DNA from: Hypanus sabinus
Taxonomy: Eukaryota
Direction: 5' to 3'
NCBI RefSeq assembly: GCF_030144855.1
Contig: NC_082710.1
Span: 152,148,001-152,212,000, forward strand
Length of the DNA stretch: 64,000 nt
The position numbers and the translations under genes are program-made. Shown one piece after another: positions 25,001 to 37,000 of this stretch. Numbering within the stretch: position 1 is the stretch's first letter; the number at the start of each line of letters is the position of its first letter. Below the pieces are notes generated by a model, which saw nothing but the letters and a program-made list of their open reading frames with translations, had not been told where the DNA came from and did no database searches.

Positions 25001-28000
25001 TTCTTTTTCTTCTGGATTTCCCAAAGAGTCTGTTTCAACTTCTGACTCACTTTCAATTTCACTTCCAACCATAGTTAAAGCTTGTATTTTTGTTAACATC
25101 TGTTCATGCATACTTACGCGCATGCATTGTTCTTGCCGTTTCTTCTTAGAGACCGCCGACATTGCTGCAATTTCTTTTCCCGCAACATCAGAAGTGCCAT
25201 GCACTTCGTAGGGAGAAGATCCAACTTGAGTCCGAGGCTTCGCCAAGACGGCTAGGCCTTTTTCCCCGCTGATTTGCACAGTCTTCGAAGTAGTAGCTTT
25301 CTTCTGTTTCAGTTTAGGAGCCATATCAAAAGATAATCCTGAGTTGCTTGTAAGTAGTTTCTACTAGATATTTGTTAACTCTTCTTCATTTAAACCTTAT
25401 TTCATTACTTTTTGCAAGGGAGCTGGAATCCCAACGTCTTGACCCTACGTCATCACGTGATGCCCCGTTTCGTGGCGTCCTAACCGCGAATGGATTGTTC
25501 GAAGACTTTCCTCGTTTCAGCGACAAAGGTGGGGTGGGGGAACAAACCTCTAGTCGGTTATCCTATATCGCGGTTCCCCAAGCCAAGGCACCCCTTCGTA
25601 ACAGCCCCATGATATGCACAATCTTTGATTTATCCAAAGTGTAGGTATGAGGCTGCAGCTCAAAGACTAAGGAACATCATAACAGGAAGGCCCAGCACCT
25701 ACCTAGGTTCCCAGCGTAGGGTTCAGACTCGGGTACATACAGCTCTCGAATGGATGGTGTTGCTGATTCCAAGGGTGAAGTCATCCCGAGCAGTGCGGTT
25801 AGGGTCGCTGGAGTTCTTGGAGGGGACGGAGAAAAGGAAGCGGAGACCCGGTCTGCTTATTCACTGACCTTCTGCACCTTTGTGGTTAGTGTCCGAAGGT
25901 TTTCCATGATCTCCCGAAGTATTTGGTCATGGGCGCCCAATAGGTAGCCATGGCTGGCCTGGGCCTGTTGTATGGGATCTGTCTCCGCTGGGTTCATCGT
26001 GGCCAGTTCGTTCTGTTGCAAGGACGTGGCAGTGGAATGAATCCAAGTGCAGAACACAGGCGTGGAGGCAGAGTTGGGAGGTGTTATTAACGTAGCGAGC
26101 GTGGATTTGGTATCCAGGAGCAATGCCTGATCCAGAACTGGTAGCCCTAAGAACCATGTAACAAGGTTACTCGCACCAGAGTCAACCAACAAACTGGCAG
26201 CTCCTTGTTGTGCTTACATGGTTTTTATACTGCATTTGCTGATGGCAGGCAGGTGTTTGTAGTGAGTGGAACCTGGGAATGATTGCAACCAAACGAGGTG
26301 GTTGAGTCCCAATTCCTGAGGTAAATAGCCAGATGGGTGATTGCCAGAAGGGACTGTGACATCAATATTACATTCTTACTTTTATCTTCTCAAAATAAAT
26401 GCTAACATCACATTTGCCATCCTCACCACTGACACAACCTGCAAATTAAACTTTGGTGAACCCTACATGAAGACCCAAAATCCCTTTGCACCTTAGATTT
26501 TTTTTAAATTGTTTCTCCTTTTAGAAAATAGTCAATGCTTTTATTTCTTCTCCCAAAGTGCATGACTATGCACTTCTGAACACTGTATTGTATTTGCCAT
26601 CTCTTTGCCCATTTTCTTAATCTTTAAGTCTGTCTGTAGCCTCCATTCTTCCTCAAAACAACCTGCCCCTCCACCAATGTTCAGATCATCAGCAAATCTA
26701 GTCTCAAAGCCATCAATTCTGTCATCCAAACCATTGACATATCACATAGAAAAACAGTCTCAAAACAGACTAGACACTGGTAGCCAACCTAAAATGGTTT
26801 CCATTATCCCCACTCTTTTCCTGTTGTCAAGCAGGCAATGCTCTGTCTATGCTGGTATCTTTCATACAATACCATGGATTTGTTAAAAGCCTCATGTGTG
26901 GCACCTTGTCAAAGGCATGCTGAACAATCCAAGCACCCTGAAGGGAACCATATTGACTGTGGCTCACCAAGTACTCCAAAATCACATCCTTAACAATCAA
27001 CTTCAACATCTTCCCATCCACTGAGGTCAGACTAACTGACCTATAATTTTATTTCTTCTGTCCCTCTCCCTCCTTGAAGAGTGAACTGAGATTAGTAATT
27101 CTCCACGCATCCAGATGCAAGCCGGAATCTATTAATTCTTGAAAAGTCATTACTGATATCTCCACAATCTCTTCAGCCACTTATTTCAATACACTAGAGT
27201 GTAGTCCATCTGGTCCAAGTAATTTATCTACCTTCAGACTATACAGTTTTCCGAATTCACACCCTTCTGGTCCCAGACACTTTCAAACTTCCACCATAGA
27301 GCTGGTGTCTTCCACAGTGAAGACTTATGCAAAATATATGTTCAGTTCATCCACTATTTCTGTGCACCCTCCCCCATTACTACCTTCCCAGCAGTCTGAT
27401 ATATACTCTTTCCTCTCTTTTGCACTTAGCATATCTGAAGCAGCTTTTGGTATCCCCTAGTATTATTGGTTAGCTTGTGCTTGTGTTCCATTTTTCAATC
27501 TTAATGATATTTTAATTGTCTTGTGTTGGTTTTAAAAGCTGCCCATTCCTCTAACTTCCCATTAATTTTTGTTCTATAATATGCTATTTCTTTGACTTAC
27601 ATATTGGATTTGATTTCTCTTGCCAGCCCTGGTTGCATCATCCTGTCTTAGGCATATCTTCTTTGAGGTATATCTCCTGCACCTTCTGAAGTGCTCCTGA
27701 AAATTCCAGTGGTTGCTGTTCTGCCATCATCCCTGCTAGTGTTCCTTTACATTCAATTTTGGAATTTCTTTTCTTGCTTCTGTAATTTCCTTTACTCCAC
27801 TATAATACTGATACATCTGTCTTCGGCTCTTCTTTTCAAGTTGCAGAATGAATCCTATCATACTATGATTGCTGGCCCTAAAGGTTTGCTTTAATTTAAG
27901 CTCTCTAATCAATTCTATTTCATTGGAGAACCCCAGTCCACAATAGTGGATCCCCTAGTAAGCTCAACAATGAGCTGCTCTAAAACACACTTTATAAGAA

Positions 28001-31000
28001 TTCTAAAAATTTCTCACTTGGGATCCAGCACTAACCCATTTTCCCCCCAGTCTCTCTGCATATGGGGATACCCCATAACTGTCACAATATTGCCCTTTTG
28101 ACATGCATTTTCTATCTCCCATTGTAATTTGTAGGCCACCTTGTTGCTACTGTTCAGAGGTCTGAAACCTTGCAGTTTCTTTGCTCTGCCTACAATGATT
28201 CTACACCTTCCGATCCTATGTCACCTCATTCTAATGATTTTATTTATTTATTAGTTTATTTTTATTTTTTAAACAAACAGAAATACCCAAACCCCTTCTG
28301 CCTACCTGCCTGTCCTTTTGGTACGATGTTTATGCTTAGACGTTAAGCTCCTAGCTATAATCTTTTTTCAGGCATGACTCAGCGATGCCTAGACATCATA
28401 ACCCCAACCTCTAACTGCATTACAAGTTCTTTATTCCATAAAACTATGTGCATTCAAATATAGCACCTTCTGTTCTGTATTCAGACTTTTCGTATTTTCT
28501 CTGCTAATTACATTGCAATTCATCCCATTGACTGAAAATTTTGCCCTAACATCAGCCTCCCCTTGCTTGCAGATTCATTGCACACTGCCTCTAATTGCAA
28601 ACCAGGAACCCCACTCTCAGCACTATCACTCAGGTTCCCATCCTCCTGTCAAATTAGCTCAAACTCTCCTGAAGAGATCCAGCAAACCTGCCCACAAAAA
28701 TAGTGATTGCTCCTTAGGATTCAGGTGTAATCTATCCCTTAAGTACAGTTAGTACCTTCCCCAGAGGAGATCCCAATGATCCATAAATCTGACACCCCTG
28801 CCCCCTGCACTAGATCCTCAGTCACATATTCATCTCCTGAAACATCCTACTCTTGCCCTCATGGATATGTGGCCTAGGCAGCAGTCCAGATATTACTATC
28901 CTGTAATGTTTTACCTAAAATAATTTCCCTCAAGTCTCTCTCCAGGACCCCCTCACCTTTCCTACCCATGCAATTAGTGCAAATATATACCAAGAGTTCC
29001 AGCTGAGCACCACCCTGCAGCCCCACTCCTTTAAAATGCCATGGACCCAAGCCAAGTCATCCCTGTCCCTGACAGCTGGGAGACAACATGCCATCCAGGT
29101 GTCTCTGTCACTCCCACAGAATCTCATCTCTGTTCCTCTGACTATAGAATCTCTTCACCATGCAGTCCTCTTCACCCCTGTTCTCTTCTGAACCACAGTG
29201 CTGCAGAATCAATTGCTGCACTTTCCTCCTGGTAGGTCATCCCTCTCAAAAGTTTCCAAAGTGGTATACTTAATATTGAGGGAAACAACACAGAGATACA
29301 CCATACTGGCTGCACATTCACCGTCCTTCTCCTGACAGTCACCCAATTACACGCCTCCTTCAACCTAGGGGTGAGTACCTCTTATTAGCTCCCATCTATG
29401 ACTTCATCAGTCTCCCGTATGAACCAAGGTTCACCGATCTGCACCTCAGGTTGCTTAACACATTCCGAGGAGTTGCAGCTTGGTGCACCTGGTGCAGATG
29501 TGGTTATCTGGGAGGCTGGAGGTTTCCCAGAATTTACACATCTCATCCACAAAACAAAACATTTCCCTTGAGTCATTCTCACTGCACTAACTGTGCCCTA
29601 GCAGTAATGGAATGAAAAAATAAAGTAGCCCAAGACTGATCTTGCCTAAGCCTGCTAAGTCAAATCCACTCTACTGCTGGCTCACTCACTCAATGCTCAA
29701 TATGCACCTGCCTTATTTTTATTCATTCTTTCTAAATTAATCCATTTCACTGATTGGTTGCAGTCCAACTCTCTCCTATGTAGCCTACAACCCAAAGTTA
29801 CAAAACAGGAAATATACCAGATCCTAGCAAACAGCATTCTGTGATCTGTTCTCCCCTCTTCTGCTTGACCTAGGTCTTCTCAACAGTATTCCTTCCAAAT
29901 TACCTCACTAGCTGTCTGCCACCCAGATCCTTTCTCCTTTCTGACCTGCTCCCATCTGCCCAACATCTTTCCTTTATCTTGTGCCACTCATCCGCTTCTT
30001 TTATCAGAATTCATATTTTGCAGCCTGCTGTTGTTTGCACATCACCTTTCAGTCTGTCACTACCTCAACCTTTCCTACCCCACTTATCTCTTCCTGCCCA
30101 TCACTTTCCAGATCCTGTCTCACCCTCCTGCTTTCTTCTCAATAATGGCTATCTCTCCTCAAAGCCCTCAGTACCACTGCAAAATATAGATCATAAGGTG
30201 GGAATAGATGAAGGCAAGAGCAGAGTGCACATTGGTGTCTGACACTGTATGCCTGTATTTGACCAGTCTTCCTCTCCCTTTGTCTAGCTGCTGTCAGAGG
30301 AAAGCACCGGAACCTTGATCTCCATGATGCAAGGATTGATCAGCAAGGCTCGAGGCCATGGCCTAATCTTGGGGGATTTTGAGGTTCATGTTGCATGTAC
30401 ACTCTTTTGCTGTTTCTGAGTAGTTTGTTCAGGGCAATCATAGCAGACAGGGGCACCTCAGTGAAGTCTGGCTCTGCGGCCTACAGTCAGCTAGCAACAC
30501 AGAACTGCACTTATCCTAGTAAATTGAATACTTCGAGTTTGATGAGATTCTTAGTGTAGCGTGATCACTTTCTGCAACTTGTATAAATAGTTCTTTTATT
30601 CATTCATTGGATGTATCATGTGTTCTTTGAATAAATTCCATGGTGTTTCTTTGTTTTGTGGCTGTTGTGGGAGGATGAATCTCAGAGGTGTATTCAGTAT
30701 ACATACTTAGATCATGAATATAGATTGATTCTTTGAAATTGTCAAAAGTATCCTCCCTTGAGAGGTGCTGTCTCATCCACTACATTTCTATAGTAACAAA
30801 CGAGAAAAATCAGCAGATGTTGGAAAAGCTTACATCTTTTTCACCCGTCAACTTCCCAGCGCTTCCCATTGTTTCAGCTTGCTCCTGCCTCACTGAACTC
30901 ATTTTTGCATACCCCAACACTGTTTTATCCTCCCGTTGTTCAATCCTTTCCTATCTATGTGCATGACACTTCTCATGCTTTGGAGTTTTTCAATGATTTC

Positions 31001-34000
31001 AAGTTCCCTCGCCCCCATCATCTTATTTTTACCATGGATGTCCAGTTTCACTATACCTCCATCCCCCACCAGCAAGGTCTCAAAGCCCTCCATTTCATTT
31101 TGCATTCCAGATCTAACCAGCACTCCACTCCCTCTGCACCAATCCCAACCTCACTATAAAACCTACTGATAAGGGGGGAGCTGTTGTTGTCTGGTGTGCT
31201 GACCTCTAACTGGCTGAGGCACAGCGACAACTCTCTGATACCTCCTCTTATTTACCCCTTGATCATGATCCCACTAAGGAGAACCAGGCCATTGTCTCCA
31301 ATACCATCACCAACCTTATTAGCTCTGGGGATCTCCCACCCACTGCCACAAACCTCATAGTTCCCACACCCCGCACTTCCCGTTTCTACCTCCAACCCAA
31401 GATCCACAAACCTGCCTGTCCAGGTAGACCTATTGTCTCAGCTTGCTACTGCCCCACTGAACTCATTTCTACATAACTTGACACTGTCTTATCCCCCCTT
31501 GTTCAATCTCTTCCCACCTATGTTTGTGACACTTCTCATGCTTTGAATTTTTTCAATGATTTTAAGTTCCCTGGCCCCCTCCGTGTTATTTTCACCATGG
31601 ATGTCTAGTCCCTGTATACCTCCATCCCTCACCGAGATGGTCACAAAGCTCTTCAGTTTTTTTTTTGGATTCCAGACCTAACCAAATCCCGTCTACCACC
31701 ACTCTCCTCCGTCTAGCAGAATTGGTCCTTACTCTGAATAATTTCTCCTTTGGCTCCTCCCACTTCCTTCAAACTAAAAGTGTAGCCATGGGCACCTTTA
31801 TGGGTCCCTGCTATGCCTACCTTTTTGTTAGCTATGTGGAACAGTCCATGTACCAAGCTTCTACTGGTATCCGTCCCCCACTTTTTCTTCATTCACTACA
31901 TCGATAACTGCATTGGTGCTGCTTCCTGCATGTATGCTGAGATTGACTTCATCAACTTTGCCTCCGGCTTCCCACCCTGCCCTCAAATTTACCTGGTCAA
32001 TTTCTGATACATCCCTCCCCTTCCTGATCTCCGTCTCTATCTCTGGTGACAGCTTAGCTATTGATGTCTACTTTCAGCCAATGGATTCTCACAGCTACCT
32101 AGACAATTCCTCTTCCCACCTTGTCCCTTGTAAAAATCCATCCCCTTCTCTCAATTCCTCCCGCTCTGCCACTTCTGCTCTCAGAATAAGGCTTTTCATT
32201 CCAGGGTGAAGGAGATGTCTTCCTTTTTTTAAGGAAAGGAGCTTCCCTTCCTTCACCATCATCTTTGCCCTCAAACACATCTCTCCCATTTCACGCACAT
32301 CTGCTCTCACCCCATCTGCCTGCCACCCCACTAGGGATAGGGTTCCTCTTGTCTTCACCTATCATCCCAGCAGCATCTGTGACCAACATGTAATACTCCT
32401 TAACTTCTGCCATCTCCAACAGGATCCCACCATCAAGCACATCTTTCCCTCTCCCGCAGATTCTGCTTTCCATAGGGATTGCTCCCTACACGACTCCCTT
32501 GTCCATTCATCCTCCCCAACCCTTCCCACCAATCTCCCACCTGGTACTTACTCTTGTAAGTTGAACAAGTGCTACGTCTGCCCTTACACTTCCTCCTTCA
32601 TCACCATTCAGGGCCCCAGACAGTCCCTTCAGGTGAGGCAACACTTCACCTATAAGTCTGCTGGTGTGATATACTGTGTCTGGTGCACCCAGTGTGACCT
32701 TCTATATATTGGTGAGACCTGATGGAGACTGGAAGACCATTTCACTGAACATCTACGCTGTGTCCACCAGAGGAAGCAGGATCTCCCAGTGGCCACACTT
32801 TTTAATTCCACGTCCCATTCCCATTCCGATATGTCAGTCCATGGCCTCCTCTACTGTCGAGATAAAGCCACACTCAGGTTAGAGGAACAACAGCTTATAT
32901 TTTGTCTGGGTAGCCTCCAAACTGATGGCATGAACTTTGATTTCTCTAATTTCTGTTAAGGCCCCTCCTCACCTTCTTACCCTATCCCTAATTTTTTAAT
33001 TTTTAAAAAGAATATATATATATATATATTTTTTTTTTCTCTTTCCCTCTCAAAAACTCCTTGCCTGTTCTCCATCTTCCTCAGGTGCTCCCTTCCCCTT
33101 TTCTTTCTTCCAAGGCCTTCCATCCTATGATACTCCCTGTTCTCCAGCTCTATATCACTTTTGCCAATCAACTTCACAGCTCTTAGCTTCATCCTTCCCC
33201 CTCCTGTCCTCTCCTCTCATTTCAAGTCTCCCCTCCCCCTCCCATTTTCAAATCTCTGACTATCTCTTTTTTCCGTCAGTCTGAAGAAAGGTCTCAACTC
33301 AAAATGTTGACTGTACTTCCTATAGATGCTGCCTGGCCTGCTGCATTCCACCAGCAGTTTGTGTCTGTTCCCAGATCTTTACTTCTTCCATCCTGCTCAA
33401 GTTTCATCTCTTACCATGTCTTTCTGTCTCCCATCCCCCACTTTTTAAACCTTTTTCTCTCTCCAGTCCTTCTGAAGGTTTTCTTACCTGAAATGTCATC
33501 TTTTTTCTATAGATGCGGCCTGCCTGCTGATTTCCTCCAGCATTTTATGTACATTACCTTCCTATAGCAGTTTGTTTATTTTTGCTTAACCATGTGAAGT
33601 CTAGGAAGCTAAAATGAGATGGGGCTCATGAGGGAAATAAAAAAAAAGGCAGGATACATACAGAAATCTGGAGGCATTAAAGTGGCCATCAAATCTGTGG
33701 CAAAGAGGATTAAGGAAGATCCAGCTATTTTATTCATGTATTACAAGCAAAATGATAACAATGTAGGATGTAGGTGCACACAGTGACAAAAAAGGTAATT
33801 AATGCTTGAAGCCAGTGGAAAATGTGGGGTTTCTATGGGTATATTATATCAGTATTCACCAAGGAGAAGTATTCACCATGCAGATATTCTAGGGCATGCT
33901 TCAATCTTTCCCAAGTTATTGAGACAGGGTCTGCTCTGGGGCTTTACTAGAGATTCATAGCTACAAATAAAGCTCCAGGGAACTGAAGAATAGCCTTTCT

Positions 34001-37000
34001 TTTGTTTAAGAAGAGCAATAGGGACAAAGCAGAATATTGTGTACCAGTAAGCCATGAAAAAATTTGAAGAGGTGTCTTGGAATAGGATCTATTCACATCT
34101 GAAAAAACTGATTTGTAAGGGTGGTGTGGGTTTGTGTGAGAGAGGTCATATATTGCAAATGATCAAGTTTCATGAGAGGTGGTGGGGGTAAAGATTGGGC
34201 TGAGTGGATGGATGCAGATAGTTGGGAAGGAGACAGAAGGAGGGGAGAGACACAGGGGAACATGTAACTCAAGAGGATGGCAAATGTGTGATGTGACAAC
34301 TCTTGTAGTTGTTCAAATTGACTGCTGAACTTCTTTACCTCAGAGATCTGGAAAAAAGTCATCAAATACATACTAAATATACTAATATGGAATCTGCAGT
34401 AAGGCAAGGATAGCAAGAGGCAGTTGTAATCAAGGGAGCTCATTGAAGTGAGAATGCCAGAGTCACCTCTGCTTGCTACAGATGAGATAGACTTGGGTAA
34501 CTGTGGCAATATGTACTCAAGCCAAATGAGTGATGCCTCTGTGGTGATACTACAGAAAGGTCAACCTAAAAAAAAAGTGTCCCTTTACACGATAGGGAGT
34601 GCGAAAGTCAGATGAGATAACTAAAGGTTATTAAGTATACCCAACGACTAAGGCTCTATTGTCCTTCCTAACTTTTAAATATCATTGCTGTTTACCTGAA
34701 GCTTCAGTTGACTCCAACATCTCTATTGTGAGTGGTGTTTTAAATTGGGAGTAAGGAATTCAAACATGTATGGTTAACAACAATCAATATCCATAACTGA
34801 TATGCCAATTCTTCATTGAAATTGCAGTTTTCTGTTCATATGTCATAACAAGTGGATGTAAGTGGCCCATGCTGTTTTTCTTGGGCACATGCAAAATAAA
34901 TGGAATGCTTGAGTCCTGAGAACGTGTGTGGTCTGGCCCAGTTATTTTATTCTATTTTCTTCTCAGTGGCTACAGTTACTTTGACAATGATGACAAAGCT
35001 TAAATAATGCTGGTGTCTAGAGATATAGGAGGACTGTTGGAAAGTTAATTTGAATCTATAAATGTGTTAGAGATTTTCTTTCATTACAATGGTCTACCAG
35101 AGATTCAGCTCAAACAATTCCTGCTTCTAGGCTCCCCCTATGTTTCCCAATGTCGTCAAATTCATCTGTTATTTATACAGTATCTGCATTTGCAGTTTGT
35201 GTACAGTTGCTGATGTTTACAGTTTCTGGTCTATAGATTTGCTAAGTATGCCGGCAGAAAAAATGTCAGGGTTGTATGTGGTAACAAGTATGTACTCTAA
35301 TAATAAATATTACTTTGTACTTTGAATGTGCACAAGTACATGCAAGCAGGTGCTATAAAAAAGCTTGCAGCATCATAAATATAGCATTGAATATGCAGCA
35401 TTTAAGAAAAAAAATAAAAATTAATTATGCATTATTTTACAAGAAAACAAAACAAAAACAGACTTACAGTTCTATGACAATAGTGGTCTGTATTGCCTCT
35501 CTAGTTGTCTATCTTTTTCCTTTACATTTGCTAGCAGTACCCTATAGCCACTTCTCCATTTTTGAAGTATACTTCCCTTGCTGTTTGCTCAAAAGCTGAG
35601 GTCAGGTATTACATAAGCTAAATATAGTTTCCATGGCCAACTGTTGCTCTCACTAATGAACTTTCAATGACCTTCTGACAGCTCACTGCATTGTCTTTTG
35701 TCAGGCAATTCTCATCTCATTTCTTTGAGAGGCCCCAGTTAACACAATTGTTTATTTGCACTGAGATTTTGCAAGACAGATACTTCAACTATGTACTCTT
35801 ACTAAAAGTCCTCAAAAATACAGTACAAAAAGATAAGTTTCACACAAAAAAATTGACTAACTTGGTTCTGATCAAACTTTTGAACAAGTGTGACTTCACA
35901 TTGCCAATTAACCTGACACTTTCTCATTGTGCTTTCTAATTGTAGTGTCTTCTACCTTAACAAACAAGATGATAAGAAAAAAGTTAGCAACAAATTTTGG
36001 TATTCCAGAGCTTGGTCTTCAATTCCAGCACAGTTTTATAAGGAGTCTCTGTACATTCTCCTCGTGGAACACATTGGCTTTCTCTGGGCCTTCTGGTTTC
36101 CTCCCAATGTCCAAAGCCATACAGGGTAGATTGTTCATTGTAAATTGTGCTGTGATTAAGTTAGAGTTAATCAGTGTAATAGGGTGGCTGGTTGGTTCAA
36201 CATACTGTTAGGGCCTACTCCACATAGTATCGCTAAATAAAATTAACAGATTGTTTGAATATTACAAGTCACACCACTTCCTCTTTTCCACAGTGTACTG
36301 TATGGTAAACAGTATCAGTGCTTCGATTGAATTAGAAAATAATCAAATGAAAACAACAGAAACTATCTTAAGATTCAGCTTCAAATGAGACCAAATTGAC
36401 CCCTTCAGCACAGCTTATCCATTCCAATTGCGATGCCATTTGCCTACATTAAATCCTCTTTCCCCTCTATACCTTTCCTATTGAATCCTTGCACAAATAA
36501 CTTTAAAGCATTGAATTGTATCTGCCTCTGCCACTTCCTTTGGCAGCTCATTTGAAATAAACACAACACTCGGATCTGTTACAATTCAGATCTCTTATAT
36601 CTCTCTTCACTGTCCTTGAGTCTCTGGTTCCCTTTCCCCTGGGAAAACAAAGTCCTAAATTATATGAGCCCCTGGACAGTTCATCACATTTTACAACTTC
36701 AGCATCCTATGTTCCATTGGGAATAGACAAAGCCAATGCAAATTTTGTTGCAACTATAGCATGGCACTACAGAAAGCAGACTGCTAGATCTCTTACAAGA
36801 AAAATCTGCAGATGCTGGAAATCTAAGCAACACACACAAAATGTTGGAGGAACTCAGCAGGGCAGGCAGCATCTATGGCAAAAAGGACAGTCAATGTTTC
36901 AAGCCAAAACCGTTCAGCTGTCCCAAAATGATGACGGTACATTTTCCCCCACAAATGCTGCCTGGCCTGCTGAGTTCCTCCAGAATTTTGTGTGTGTTGA

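Larger units (their letters stand above)
16769..26361 (-). mobile_element. Gypsy LTR retrotransposon, sushi/chromovirus type, defective
   Basis: Two TG...CA LTRs and a 5-bp TSD TCAAT (16764-16768 and 26362-26366). Domain order is gag-PR-RT-RH-IN-chromodomain, with PPT GAGGGAGGGGG at 17119-17129. Confidence 0.93.
16420..29600 (-). mobile_element. Old, near full-length CR1 LINE split by the Gypsy insertion (16420-16763 and 26367-29600)
   Basis: CR1 sequence resumes across the TCAAT TSD. RT, EN and ORF1 (esterase- and zinc-finger-like) remnants run in order toward 29600. Confidence 0.8.
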
